From Dudresnaya verticillata (lineage: Eukaryota): a stretch of DNA of 64,000 bases. Of the stretch, positions 1 through 11,973 are shown piece by piece (positions within the stretch are counted from its first letter, which is position 1; every line of letters begins with the position of its first letter). The notes below the pieces were generated by a model. It saw nothing but the letters and a program-made list of their open reading frames with translations, was not told the DNA's origin and searched no databases. The translations under genes were made by a program, and so were the position numbers. The stretch spans positions 1,488,001 through 1,552,000 of the forward strand of contig OZ374563.1 in assembly GCA_977862235.1 (NCBI GenBank), read 5' to 3'.

Positions 1-1
1 C

Positions 2-3000
2 CGGCGCCTTCACTGTGATGTTTGCGACAAGGATGGACACACCGCGGATCGATGCTATCTCAATCCGGAAAATCCTAACAACAAGCTTCCTCCAAAGGTG
101 CGACAGATGTTCACCAACCAGGGCAAAAAGGGCAACGCCAACTCGGCGGTAGCTGCATCTGGTAAGAATAATGGTAAATCTGCAAAGGTAGAAATCGCCG
201 GTGCATCGGTTGAGATGACTACTGTTGTTCCTCCGAACGACCAAGGAACGTATGCCGACAGTGGAGCAACTGTGCATTGCTTCCACTCAATGACTTCTTT
301 TGTACCGAGCTCAGTATCGCGCTGCGAAAAGCGTACTGTAGTGCTTGCGGACAAGTCGTCTGTCACCTCAGACCTATGTGGAGATGTGATTCTGCCGTTT
401 GAGCATGCCAATATTCGGCTCAAGAAGGCCCTCTTCATCCCGCAGATGGGATACAATCTTGTCTCTACTGGGCGTTTGGCAGATAAAGGAATTGAATCCC
501 ACTTTCGCCGCTTGGACGTGCGCTTGGTACTCGACTCTGATGGGTACTATATTGGATCCGGTGTTCGCGATGCGAGTTCTGGAATGTACATGCTACCAGA
601 ACCCGAGCCGCACACTTCGGAGGAGCAAGTACTGGCTGTCCCCAGCACGCAGCAAACTACTGAGCTCTGGCATCGACGTCTTGCCCACATTAATTTTCGG
701 GACTTGGCCAAAGTGCACGAGCATGTTGAGGGTGTTCCGGAGTTGGGCTCCACTCATGAAGTGTGTCGGGCTTGTAGACTTGGGAAAGCACACAAACAAT
801 CATTCCCAGGGCACTTCCGCCTGGCCAAAGCTGTCGGTGATCTCGTGCATTCCGACATTGTGGGTCCAATCCAGATCTCCTTTCCCGATCGTTTCCGGTA
901 TGCCACGACGTTTCTGGATGACAAATCCCGTTTCTTGGTCGTCGCATGTATGAGAAGTCGCCGTATGTTGAGTGCAGCATTTGATCAAGCTTCAGCAAAG
1001 TTTATCGAGCTTGGAGGAGCGGAAATAACAAAACTCCACTCAGACGGGGCTCAGGAGTATTTGGCTTTGCAGAAAGATTTGGGAGGAGTTGGAGACAGTG
1101 GCAAATCCTTCTCCCCACCTTATACTCCGGAGCTCAATGGAATCGCGGAAAGGGTGAACCGAACCATGGTGGAAGCTGCCCTGACTTTGCTGATCCAGGC
1201 TGATCTACCGGGATGTTTGTGGCCGTTTGCACTGAAGCATGTCAACTACGTGCGCAATCGGGTACCACACTCAACCGTTGGGGCTACGCCATACTCGGTC
1301 ATGACAGGTGATGTTCCTGATTTAAAACATTTAAGAGTGTTTGGATGTGCTGCATATGTCCTAAGGCTCCCACGCGGATCCAAGTTCGAGTCTCGTGCAC
1401 TTGAGGGGGTGCACTTGGAGACTCTAGAGCATGGGATCTACAGGATATTGGTCACTGGCGGTGACGGTATACCTCGTGTGGTTGAGTCGCGGCATGTCAC
1501 ATTCGACGAGTCCAAATTCCCGGGTGCTCCAAGCCTGTTGGAATATGGGCAGGACGAGGCAGATTCGGATGAAGATTACGAGTCTAACTCAGAGGCCTCT
1601 ATTTGCAACTCGGACTCTGATGACGATGTGTCGCTGGGTAACTTTGAGGATGAAGAGGATGCGATTGAAGTTGACACACCTTCTTCACCTCCACTACCTC
1701 CATCAGAACCCAGCTCATTCGAATCTGATGACACGGCTGAGGAAGAAAACGTCTCTGACAGTCCTCCGGCTGGTGTGAGTTCAGATCCAGAACGCCAGCA
1801 ACAGAGTCGATATCCTCGTCGCCAACGTCGCCAGACGTCGAAATGGTTTATGGCGAGCTCTGCACAAGCTGAACAACAGGTTGCCCTCACAACGGGAGAT
1901 GAGCCCACTCTTCGAGAGGCCATGTCTGCCACTCCGGAGGAGCGCGGGTTGTGGCAATCTGCCATTGATGATGAGTTCGCATCCTTGGAATCCAAAGGCA
2001 CTTGGGTCCGTGATGACAGTCCCGGTGCACAGCCGCTTCCAACGCACGCCGTGCTGAAAGTTAAACGCAAGTCCGACGGGACGGTCGAGCGCTTCAAAGC
2101 GCGGGTCGTCGCTGGTGGAAACTTCCAGACGTATGGTGAAGACTACATGGAAACATACGCCCCAGTTGTGTCGTTCTCGCTGGTGCGCATGTTCCTATAC
2201 TTGGTACTGTGTTTGAACCTGTTTGTTGCACAGCTAGACGTGAAGACGGCTTTCCTGAATGGTGATCTGGCAGAACACGTGTGGGTAATGTCACCGCGTG
2301 GGATTCCTGGAAGGGAATCTCTCTGTTACAAACTTCTGAAGGCTATGTATGGGCTAAAACAGGCTCACCTAGCTTGGCACACCAAGCTGTGTGGTGACCT
2401 TGCTAGGATGATGTTTGAGGAATTGCCAAGTGCACCTTGCGTGTTTCGTCGCAAATCCAAGTCTTCTGGATACGCATACATCTTGGTGTACGTTGATGAC
2501 TTGCTCATCCTCGCACCCACAAAGGCGGAGAGAGACGCCATTGTTAAGGAACTGCAGGGCCTCTACGATCTACGGCTGTCTGAAGGGGTTGACCTCTTCC
2601 TCGGAGTCGAGCTTGGATGGAAGCTAGACTCTGATGGCAGATTTGTGTCCCTCAAGATGACTCAACAGGTCTACACGGAAAGTGTTCTTCGTCGATTTGG
2701 ACTTCAGAACTCTAAGCCGGCTTGTACGCCGATGGTTGAGTCTTTCTTCACTGGACTTGCCGCCGAAGAGGACAAGGCCGTCGTGTCGGTTGAGACGTAC
2801 CAGCAGATGATCGGGTCACTTCTGTACTTGGGGCTTCGCACAAGGCTGGATATTTTGGCCTCTGTGCTTATCCTCGCACGGTTCCAGAAGGCTCCAACTG
2901 CGTACTGTCACCGTGGTGTAAAGAGGGTTCTGCGATATCTTCGAGGCACTCACAAGCATGGAGTTACGTACCAGTCCGGAAGCACTCGTATCCAAGCTTA

Positions 3001-3475
3001 TGTGGACGCTGACTATGCCGGTGACACCACAGACCGAAAATCTATGTCTGGTTACATGGTGAAACTGGGAGATGCAGTGTGTATTTGGGGATCCAAGAAG
3101 CAGTCAACTGTTGCTCTCTCAACTTGCGAGTCGGAGTACTATGCAATGACTCTGGCTGCGAAAGAGACGGTTTGGGTCACGCGAGTGCTGAAGGAGGCCG
3201 ATTTGAACGTCGAAGGCCCGGTTCCATTGAGATCAGACAACCAGTCTGCCATCAATTGGGCTACTGGAGAACGCTGTCCGTCTGGTCGTGCCAAGCACAT
3301 CGACGTTCGTGTACACTTCATTCGCGAACTTGTCGCCGACTCTGTTCTGGAAGTGGTGTATGTGCCGTCAGAAGACAACGACGCGGACTTGCTGACAAAG
3401 CCACTCGGGCCCACTTTGCTCAATAGGATTCTACCAAGGGTTGGACTTGGAGGAGCCATCGAGGAGGAGTGTTGA
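2..3475 (+). CDS. copia gag-pol polyprotein, 5'-partial and uninterrupted in the window
   Basis: CCHC knuckle CDVCDKDGHTADRC; protease YADSGAT; IN WHRRLAH..CRAC and VHSD/HSDG/IAER; RT QLDVKTAFLNG and YVDD; RNaseH YVDADYAG/CESEY/SDNQ/KHID; stop codon lies inside the LTR. Confidence 0.96.
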   Translation, partial: RRLHCDVCDKDGHTADRCYLNPENPNNKLPPKVRQMFTNQGKKGNANSAVAASGKNNGKSAKVEIAGASVEMTTVVPPNDQGTYADSGATVHCFHSMTSFVPSSVSRCEKRTVVLADKSSVTSDLCGDVILPFEHANIRLKKALFIPQMGYNLVSTGRLADKGIESHFRRLDVRLVLDSDGYYIGSGVRDASSGMYMLPEPEPHTSEEQVLAVPSTQQTTELWHRRLAHINFRDLAKVHEHVEGVPELGSTHEVCRACRLGKAHKQSFPGHFRLAKAVGDLVHSDIVGPIQISFPDRFRYATTFLDDKSRFLVVACMRSRRMLSAAFDQASAKFIELGGAEITKLHSDGAQEYLALQKDLGGVGDSGKSFSPPYTPELNGIAERVNRTMVEAALTLLIQADLPGCLWPFALKHVNYVRNRVPHSTVGATPYSVMTGDVPDLKHLRVFGCAAYVLRLPRGSKFESRALEGVHLETLEHGIYRILVTGGDGIPRVVESRHVTFDESKFPGAPSLLEYGQDEADSDEDYESNSEASICNSDSDDDVSLGNFEDEEDAIEVDTPSSPPLPPSEPSSFESDDTAEEENVSDSPPAGVSSDPERQQQSRYPRRQRRQTSKWFMASSAQAEQQVALTTGDEPTLREAMSATPEERGLWQSAIDDEFASLESKGTWVRDDSPGAQPLPTHAVLKVKRKSDGTVERFKARVVAGGNFQTYGEDYMETYAPVVSFSLVRMFLYLVLCLNLFVAQLDVKTAFLNGDLAEHVWVMSPRGIPGRESLCYKLLKAMYGLKQAHLAWHTKLCGDLARMMFEELPSAPCVFRRKSKSSGYAYILVYVDDLLILAPTKAERDAIVKELQGLYDLRLSEGVDLFLGVELGWKLDSDGRFVSLKMTQQVYTESVLRRFGLQNSKPACTPMVESFFTGLAAEEDKAVVSVETYQQMIGSLLYLGLRTRLDILASVLILARFQKAPTAYCHRGVKRVLRYLRGTHKHGVTYQSGSTRIQAYVDADYAGDTTDRKSMSGYMVKLGDAVCIWGSKKQSTVALSTCESEYYAMTLAAKETVWVTRVLKEADLNVEGPVPLRSDNQSAINWATGERCPSGRAKHIDVRVHFIRELVADSVLEVVYVPSEDNDADLLTKPLGPTLLNRILPRVGLGGAIEEEC

Positions 3476-4460
3476 GGACATGGTCGCTGGCGCCTCACGT
3501 CACGGGTCAGGTACCCCAGATGGTACCCTGGCACGCTTTCACCAAACCTTCCGGAGACGACAGCCCTTTTTCCGGGCTTCCAAAATCACGGCGCATTTAG
3601 GCCTTTTGCAAAAGCAACGTGAAACGGGCTTCTGATTGGTTGTTACAAACCGCCTCCATGGTCTATATGGCTTACAAGTGTTGTGCTGGAATTGGCGGTT
3701 ATAACAGGAACGGCCAAGTGGAACGATCTGATTGGACCACATGGATGCACGTGGTATGGCATGGAATGGTACTGGTATGACGCGCACTGTACTCCACAAG
3801 TACATATGAACGTGCCATGCAATGTGCTGATGGCGTCTGAGTTGGTACTGCAGGGACTTGCGCTACGTGGAGCCTGGCTTGTGATATCAGCAGATGCAGT
3901 TGTCGTGCGGCCGACACGTTGGTTTACAGTTGCCACGTAGGTGTCGTGCGGCCGACACGTTGGTTTACAGCTGCCACGTAGGCAAATCTGGGTGATTACG
4001 TGGTCAATGATCCAAGTTGGATATTCATGGACGGAATTCAGCTCGTAAGTGCGGCCACGTGGTATGCAGTGTTGTCCGACAGCAGTCATGCGGGGACACT
4101 CGATACTTTCGAGTTCCCGCCCAAAGTTGGAGTACATATGGATGGCAGGAAATGCGGTCGCAAGAGGGATTGCTGATGTCAGCAGTTAGCAACACTGGTG
4201 TGCAAGTTCCCGCCCATTTTGGTGGCGGATGTGAGTGTGCTGAGAGTATGATTTGGTAGATTTAATTGTTTTACTTTTTCCCGCCCATTTGATGATAGGG
4301 ATTTTGGGCGTTTCTTTAATGATTTGTTTTGTTTGTGTTCACGCAGCAACTCATCCGAAAAGCTGATATAAGCCATGTCGGATGGTCGACTGCAGTAAAC
4401 GAAGTCAAGCGACTTCCATTTCTCATCTTGTTCAACTTCAACCTCTCCATATTCCTTTCA
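3470..4460 (+). repeat. copia 3' LTR (991 bp, 2 copies of the 41-bp subrepeat)
   Basis: TGTTGAGG...CCTTTCA; matches the paired LTRs of the full-length copy at 44900 and 51189. Confidence 0.96.
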
Positions 4461-6121
4461 TGCCCTGGGAATGATTGTTTGTGTGCTTTCCCAAGTCTAC
4501 AAGCCCGACACACTTCATGAGTGGAGCCCAACTCCGGAACACCCTCAACATGCTCGTGCACTTTGGCCAAGTCCCGAAAATTAATGTGGGCAAGACGTCG
4601 ATGCCAGAGCTCAGTAGTTCGCTGCGTGCTGGGGACAGCCAGTACTTGCTCCTCCGAAGTGTGCGGCTCGGGTTCTGGTAGCATGTACATTCCAGAACTC
4701 GCATCGCGAACGCCGGATCCAATATAGTACCCATCAGAGTCGAGTACCAAGCGCACGTCCAAGCGGCGAAAGTGGGATTCAATTCCTTTATCTGCCAAAC
4801 GCCCAGTAGAGACAAGATTGTATCCCATCTGCGGGATGAAGAGGGCCTTCTTGAGCCGAATATTAGCATGCTCAAACGGCAGAATCACATCTCCACATAG
4901 GTCTGAGGTGACAGACGACTTGTCCGCAAGCACTACAGTACGCTTTTCGCAGCGCGATACTGAGCTCGGTACAAAAGAAGTCATTGAGTGGAAGCAATGC
5001 ACCGTTGCTCCACTGTCGGCATACGTTCCTTGGTCGTTCGGAGGAACAACAGTAGTCATCTCAACCGATGCACCGGCGATTTCTACCTTTGCAGATTTAC
5101 CATTATTCTTACCAGATGCAGCTACCGCCGAGTTGGCGTTGCCCTTTTTGCCCTGGTTGGTGAACATCTGTCGCACCTTTGGAGGAAGCTTGTTGTTAGG
5201 ATTTTCCGGATTGAGATAGCATCGATCCGCGGTGTGTCCATCCTTGTCGCAAACATCACAGTGAAGGTGCCGGTTCGGGGTGGAGTGAGCCTGCTTGGCG
5301 GACTTGAGTGCAACCGCCAACGCACGGACGGTGGATTCAATATCAGAAGAGTCATCGGAGTCGTCGTTGTCATCCAGCGGGTTGTGTTGCTGGCGAGAAC
5401 CTGACGACGCGGACTTCTTTTTCTTCTTCCGACGACTCTTCGACTTACTGGATCTCCCACCTGCGTTTGATCCATGAGAATCTTTGGCGTTGTACTCATC
5501 GATCAGCGTGGTTGCGACGTAGTCCCAAGTCAGCTCAGCAGCATCTTTGGTGCGAAGAGCGGCAGCTGTTGACTCCAGGTTGCAGGACGGATCAATGGAA
5601 GCAAGCAGCATAGGTGCCTTATGCGTCTCCGGTATCGCCGAGTCGTTGCCCATGCGTTCCAGTTGGGCGAACAGTGACGTGTACTGGTCAACATAGTTGG
5701 ACATATTCTGGCCGGTGTACGTCATACGGAATAGCTTGGTCTGTACGGCGATACGGGATACGGTTCGACTGGACGCATAGCGCGAGTCCAATAGCTCCAG
5801 CATGCGTTTGGGGTCATCATCAACCTCCATAACGACACGAAGCGGAGCATCACCAAGTGCGGAGATGATGATCCCGCAAGCCTTCTCACGTTTGGCCAAG
5901 GTTCTGGCGTGAAGAATGGAAGTATCCGCTGAGGCCTCTCCAGTTGACTGTGAGCTGCTCGGTGTGTCGTTTGAGGTGTGGACAACATTCCAAACCCCTT
6001 TGATGCGGCATGCGGCACGAAGGCGATGACGCCAGAGACTGTAGTCGTCACCTCTCCTGCCGTGGAAACGGGGTATCTTGACCCCGCTCGAAGTATCCAT
6101 CTCGGCTTCGGTATCAGTCAT
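4461..6121 (-). pseudogene. copia gag-protease-IN zinc finger, truncated by nested insertion
   Basis: ORF 4316..6121 starts MTDTEAEMD; after HKQSFPGH it reads into the inverted LTR. Confidence 0.93.
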
Positions 6122-6894
6122 CGCTGTTGGGACTGATGCTGAGAAGAGATAACTTGAATAGTTTTAGAAAACTTGGTGAACTTGGGGCAGTGCTGTTAGT
6201 GCAACAGTGTCGATGCCCAGAGGGTAATAGTCGTGTTAAGCAGAGCAGTGCAGCTCACACAACGAAGACGTGACGACGAAGCTGAGAAATGTGTCGAACA
6301 CGTCGGTAATATAATACAGTCACAAGCGGAGCACACTTTGCCAAGTAGCTCCCACGCTTGGAGTAATGAAACTCTCAGGTGATGATGGGATCACCTGGAC
6401 TGAAGAAGAAAAGTTGAAACTTGAAGTTGAAAAGTTGATTCTTGATAGTTGAACGTCTTTTTGACGCGGGATGTTCTGGCACCAGGTTCTACCTAGTCAC
6501 CCCTAGGAGTCGGACTCCTGGCCCCCGGATATGATTCTCCGGGTGAAATGCGTCTTTCAGCAGCCCTTTCGTGCCGTGCGCACACAGACACGAAGTATGC
6601 AATCCTTACGAGACGTCCACCTTATGGGTACTAACTCAAAACGAGTGTTCACCACACGAACAGGTCCAGTCTCTTGCAGGAATGGAACTAGGCCCAACCG
6701 TGTCAAGGTTCTGGATCTTACTGGAGGCTGCTCCCCTAGGCCAACGAGGTCCTGACTTAACGAGAGTCACCACGCACAACACTCAACCTCTCAGCAAGCT
6801 CACGGACCAAGACAACAGCGGACGAGAGCCTCGAGAACTCTCTCACAAAATCAGAGACACAAGCCGACACAGTGGGATAGGGACCACTTTCAAC

Positions 6895-6995
6895 AGACAA
6901 CAAGCAGACAGGACAGGACACAAGCAGACAGGACAGGACACAAGCCGACAGGACAGGACACAAGCAGACAGGACAGGCCAGGACGGGACCGGACA
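6895..6995. repeat. ~20-bp tandem repeat (ACAGGACAGGACACAAGCAG) in the copia 5' leader
   Basis: About 4 imperfect copies; also at 15399-15499, with fewer copies at ~46013-46095. Confidence 0.8.
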
Positions 6996-7063
6996 GTATC
7001 AAGAATGAAAAGAAAAAGGAAGAAGGTTGCAGCGAAGCGATGAAGTCTGCGTAGGTCGACCTT

Positions 7064-7077
7064 CTGGGCCCATAACC
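7064..7077 (-). promoter_or_regulatory. Primer-binding site GGTTATGGGCCCAG (half-tRNAiMet type)
   Basis: Abuts the LTR 3' CA directly; same sequence as the Drosophila copia PBS. Confidence 0.85.
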
Positions 7078-8110
7078 TGAAAAGGAATATGGAGAGGTTG
7101 GAGTTGAACAAGATGAGAAATGGAAGTCGCTTGACTTCGTTTACTGCAGTCGACAATCCGACATGGCTTATATCAGCTTTTCGGATGAGTTGCTGCGTGA
7201 ACACAAACAAAACAAATCATTAAAGAAACGCCCAAAATCCCTATTATCAAATGGGCGGGAAAAAGTAAAGCAATTAAATCTACCAAATCATACTCTCAGC
7301 ACACTCACATCCGCCACCAAAATGGGCGGGAACTTGCACACCAGTGTTGCTAACTGCTGACATCAGCAATCCCTCTTGCGACCGCATTTCCTGCCATCCA
7401 TATGTACTCCAACTTTGGGCGGGAACGTGAAAGTATCGAGTGTCCCCGCATGGCTGCTGTCGGACAACGCTGCACACCACGTGGCCGCACTTACCAGCTC
7501 AAGTCCGTCCATGAATATCCAACTTGGATCATTGACCATGTACTCACCCAGACTTGCCTACGTGGCAGCTGTAAACCAACGTGTCGGCCGCACGACAGCT
7601 ACGTGGCAACTGTAAACCAACGTGTCGGCCGCACGACAGCTACGTGCCAACTGTAAACCAACGTGTCGGCCGCACAACAACTGCATCTGCTGATATCACA
7701 AGTCAGGCTCCACGTAGCGCAAGTCCCTGCAGTACCAACTCGGACGCCATCAGCACATTGCATGGCACGTTCATGTGTACTTGTGGAGTACAGTGCGAGT
7801 CATACCAACACCATTCCATGCCATACCACGTGCATCCATGTGGTCCAATCAGATCGTTCCACTTGGCCGTTCCTGTTATAACCGCCAATTCCAGCACAAC
7901 ACTTGTAAGCCATATAGACCATGGAGGCGGTTTGTAACAACCAATCAGAAGCCCGTTTCACGTTGCTTTTGCAAAAGGCCTAAATGCGCCGTGATTTTGG
8001 AAGCCCGGAAAAAGGGCTGTCGTCTCCGGAAGGTTTGGTGACAGCGTGCCAGGGTGCCATCTGGGGTGCCTGACCCGTGACGTGAGGCGCCAGCGACCAT
8101 GTCCTCAACA
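7078..8110 (-). repeat. copia 5' LTR (1033 bp, 3 subrepeats)
   Basis: TGAAAAGG...CCTCAACA; outer flank CTATA lies in the RT of host copy Z. Confidence 0.96.
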
Positions 8111-9391
8111 CTATACTTGGTACTGTGTTTGAACCTGTTTGTTGCACAGCTAGACGTGAAGACGGCTTTCCTGAATGGTGATCTGGCAGAACACGTGTGG
8201 GTAATGTCACCGCGTGGGATTCCTGGAAGGGAATCTCTCTGTTACAAACTTCTGAAAGCTATGTATGGGCTAAAACAGGCTCACCTAGCTTGGCACACCA
8301 AGCTGTGTGGTGACCTTGCTAGGATGATGTTTGAGGAATTGCCAAGTGCACCTTGCGTGTTTCGTCGCAAATCCAAGTCTTCTGGATACGCATACATCTT
8401 GGTGTACGTTGATGACTTGCTCATCCTCGCACCCACAAAGGCGGAGAGAGACGCCATTGTTAAGGAACTGCAGGGCCTCTACGATCTACGGCTGTCTGAA
8501 GGGGTTGACCTCTTCCTCGGAGTCGAGCTTGGATGGAAGCTAGACTCTGATGGCAGATTTGTGTCCCTCAAGATGACTCAACAGGTCTACACGGAAAGTG
8601 TTCTTCGTCGATTTGGACTTCAGAACTCTAAGCCGGCTTGTACGCCGATGGTTGAGTCTTTCTTCACTGGACTTGCCGCCGAAGAGGACAAGGCCGTCGT
8701 GTCGGTTGAGACGTACCAGCAGATGATCGGGTCACTTCTGTACTTGGGGCTTCGCACAAGGCTGGACATTTTGGCCTCTGTGCTTATCCTCGCACGGTTC
8801 CAGAAGGCTCCAACTGCGTACTGTCACCGTGGTGTAAAGAGGGTTCTGCGATATCTTCGAGGCACTCACAAGCATGGAGTTACGTACCAGTCCGGAAGCA
8901 CTCGTATCCAAGCTTATGTGGACGCTGACTATGCCGGTGACACCACAGACCGAAAATCTATGTCTGGTTACATGGTGAAACTGGGAGATGCAGTGTGTAT
9001 TTGGGGATCCAAGAAGCAGTCAACTGTTGCTCTCTCAACTTGCGAGTCGGAGTACTATGCAATGACTCTGGCTGCGAAAGAGACGGTTTGGGTCACGCGA
9101 GTGCTGAAGGAGGCCGACTTGAACGTCGAAGGCCCGGTTCCATTGAGATCAGACAACCAGTCTGCCATCAATTGGGCTACTGGAGAACGCTGTCCGTCTG
9201 GTCGTGCCAAGCACATCGACGTTCGTGTACACTTCATTCGCGAACTTGTCGCCGACTCTGTTCTGGAAGTGGTGTATGTGCCGTCAGAAGACAACGACGC
9301 GGACTTGCTGACAAAGCCACTCGGGCCCACTTTGCTCAATAGGATTCTACCAAGGGTTGGACTTGGAGGAGCCATCGAGGAGGAGTGTTGA
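8111..9391 (+). pseudogene. copia RT-RNaseH fragment
   Basis: ORF 8099..9391; YVDD and RNaseH motifs; its first 4 aa come from the adjacent inverted LTR. Confidence 0.93.
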
Positions 9392-10426
9392 GGACATGGT
9401 CGCTGGCGCCTCACGTCACGGGTCAGGTACCCCAGATGGTACCCTGGCACGCTTTCACCAAACCTTCCGGAGACGACAGCCCTTTTTCTGGGCTTCCAAA
9501 CTCACGGCGCATTTAGGCCTTTTGCAAAAGCAACGTGAAACGGGCTTCTGATTGGTTGTTACAAACCGCCTCCATGGCCTCCATGGTCTATATGGCTTAC
9601 AAGTGTTGTGCTGGAATTGGCGGTTATAACAGGAACGGCCAAGTGGAACGATCTGATTGGACCACATGGATGCACGTGGTATGGCATGGAATGGTGTTGG
9701 TATGACTCGCACTGTACTCCACAAGTACACATGAACTGCCATGCAATGTGCTGATGGCGTCCGAGTTGGTACTGCAGGGACTTGCGCTACGTGGAGCCTG
9801 ACTTGTGATATCAGCAGATGCAGTTGTCGTGCGGCCGACACGTTGGTTTACAGTTGCCACGTAGCTGTCGTGCGCCCGACACGTTGGTTTACAGTTATCA
9901 CGTAGCTGTCGTGCGGCCGACACGTTGGTTTACAGCTGCCACGTAGGCAAATCTGGGTGATTACGTGGTCAATGATCCAAGTTGGATATTCATGGACGGA
10001 CTTGAGCTGGTAAGTGCGGCCACGTGGTGTGCAGTGTTGTCCGACAGCAGCCATGCTGGGACACTCGATACTTTCACGTTCCCGCCCAAAGTTGGAGTAC
10101 ATATGGATGGCAGGAAATGCGGTCGCAAGAGGGATTGCTGATGTCAGCAGTTAGCAACACTGGTGTGCAAGTTCCCGCCCATTCTGGTGGCGGATGTGAG
10201 TGTGCTGAGAGCATGATTTGGTAGATTTAATTGCTTTACTTTTTCCCGCCCATTTGATGATAGGGATTTTGGGCGTTTCTTTAATGATTTGTTTTGTTTG
10301 TGTTCACGCAGCAACTCATCCGAAAAGCTGATATAAGCCATGTCGGATGATCGACTGCAGTAAACGAAGTCAAGCGACTTCCATTTCTCATCTTGTTGAA
10401 CTTCAACCTCTCCATATTCCTTTTCA
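9386..10426 (+). repeat. copia 3' LTR (1041 bp), possibly recombinant
   Basis: 9-bp duplication GCCTCCATG and 3 subrepeats; right flank AGCCC. Confidence 0.95.
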
Positions 10427-11973
10427 AGCCCATACATAGCTTTCAGAAGTTTGTAACAGAGAGATTCCCTTCCAGGAATCCCACGCGGTGACATTACCCA
10501 CACGTGTTCTGCCAGATCACCATTCAGGAAAGCCGTCTTCACGTCTAGCTGTGCAACAAACAGGTTCAAACACAGTACCAAGTATAGGAACATGCGCACC
10601 AGCGAGAACGACACAACTGGGGCGTATGTTTCCATGTAGTCTTCACCATACGTCTGGAAGTTTCCACCAGCGACGACCCGCGCTTTGAAGCGCTCGACCG
10701 TCCCGTCGGACTTGCGTTTAACTTTCAGCACGGCGTGCGTTGGAAGCGGCTGTGCATCGGGACTGTCATCACGGACCCAAGTGCCTTTGGATTCCAAGGA
10801 TGCGAACTCATCATCAATGGCAGATTGCCACAACCCGCGCTCCTCCGGAGTGGCAGACATGGCCTCTCGAAGAGTGGGCTCATCTCCAGTTGTGAGGGCA
10901 ACCTGTTGTTCAGCTTGTGCAGAGCTTGCCATAAACCATTTCGACGTCTGGCGACGTTGGCGACGAGGATATCGACTCTGTTGCTGGCGTTCTGGGTCTG
11001 AACTCACACCAGCCGGAGGATTGTCAGAGACGTTTTCTTCCTCAGCCGTGTCATCAGATTCGAATGAGCTGGGTTCTGATGGAGGTAGTGGAGGTGAAGA
11101 AGGTGTGTCAACTTCAATTGCATCCTCTTCATCCTCAAAGTTACCCAGCGATACATCGTCATCAGAGTCCGAGTTGAAAATAGAGGCCTCTGAGTTAGAC
11201 TCGTAATCTTCATCCGAATCTGCCTCGTCCTGCCCATATTCCAACAGGCTTGGAGCACCCGGGAATTTGGACTCGTCGAATGTGACATGCCGCGACTCAA
11301 CCACACGAGGTATACCGTCACCGCCAGTGACCAATATCCTGTAGATCCCATGCTCTAGAGTCTCCAAGTGCACCCCCTCAAGTGCACGAGACTCGAACTT
11401 GGATCCGCGTGGGAGCCTTAGGACATATGCAGCACATCCAAACACTCTTAAATGTTTTAAATCAGGAACATCACCTGTCATGACCGAGTATGGCGTAGCC
11501 CCAACGGTTGAGTGTGGTACCCGATTGCGCACGTAGTTGACATGCTTCAGTGCAAACGGCCACAAACATCCCGGTAGATCAGCCTGGATCAGCAAAGTCA
11601 GGGCAGCTTCCACCATGGTTCGGTTCACCCTTTCCGCGATTCCATTGAGCTCCGGAGTATAAGGTGGGGAGAAGGATTTGCCACTGTCTCCAACTCCTCC
11701 CAAATCTTTCCGCAAAGCCAAATACTCCTGAGCCCCGTCTGAGTGGATTTTTGTTATTTCTGCTCCTCCAAGCTCGATAAACTTTGCTGAAGCTTGATCA
11801 AATGCTGCACTCAACATACGGCGACTTCTCATACATGCGACGACCAAGAAACGGGATTTGTCATCCAGAAACGTCGTGGCATACCGGAAACGATCGGGAA
11901 AGGAGATCTGGATTGGACCAACAATATCGGAATGCACGAGATCACCGACAGCTTTGGCCGGGCGGAAGTGCCC
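10427..11973 (-). pseudogene. copia integrase core and RT N-half fragment
   Basis: ORF 10144..11985 has DDE motifs and QLDVKTAFLNG; both ends run into LTR sequence. Confidence 0.93.

Larger units (their letters stand above)
1..4460 (+). mobile_element. Ty1/copia LTR retrotransposon X, 3' portion (5' end outside window)
   Basis: PR-IN-RT-RNaseH order, PPT-like GAGGAGGAG, then an LTR ending ...CCTTTCA at 4460 followed by TGCCC. Confidence 0.97.
4461..8110 (-). mobile_element. Ty1/copia element Y, 5' portion (5' LTR, PBS, leader, gag-PR-start of IN)
   Basis: Reverse complement of 44900-48532; interrupted at TGCCC by element X. Confidence 0.95.
8111..10426 (+). mobile_element. Ty1/copia element Z, 3' portion (RT C-half, RNaseH, 3' LTR)
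   Basis: 8111-9385 matches 2195-3469; the LTR follows. Confidence 0.95.

Noticed and set aside
3900..3985. 41-bp repeats as a CRISPR-like array
   Set aside because: They are head-to-tail with no unique spacers, lie inside an LTR, and there are no cas genes
3539..4376. Recurrent short ORFs inside the copia LTRs
   Set aside because: Their frames and lengths change with LTR indels and they carry no motifs; recurrence only reflects LTR copy number
4460..8111. Single autointegration (inversion circle) as the origin of the inverted copia block
   Set aside because: The two LTR ends attack different internal sites (equivalent to ~813 and ~2195) rather than one site with a shared 5-bp duplication; the TGCCC TSD around 11974-12964 fits ordinary nested insertion
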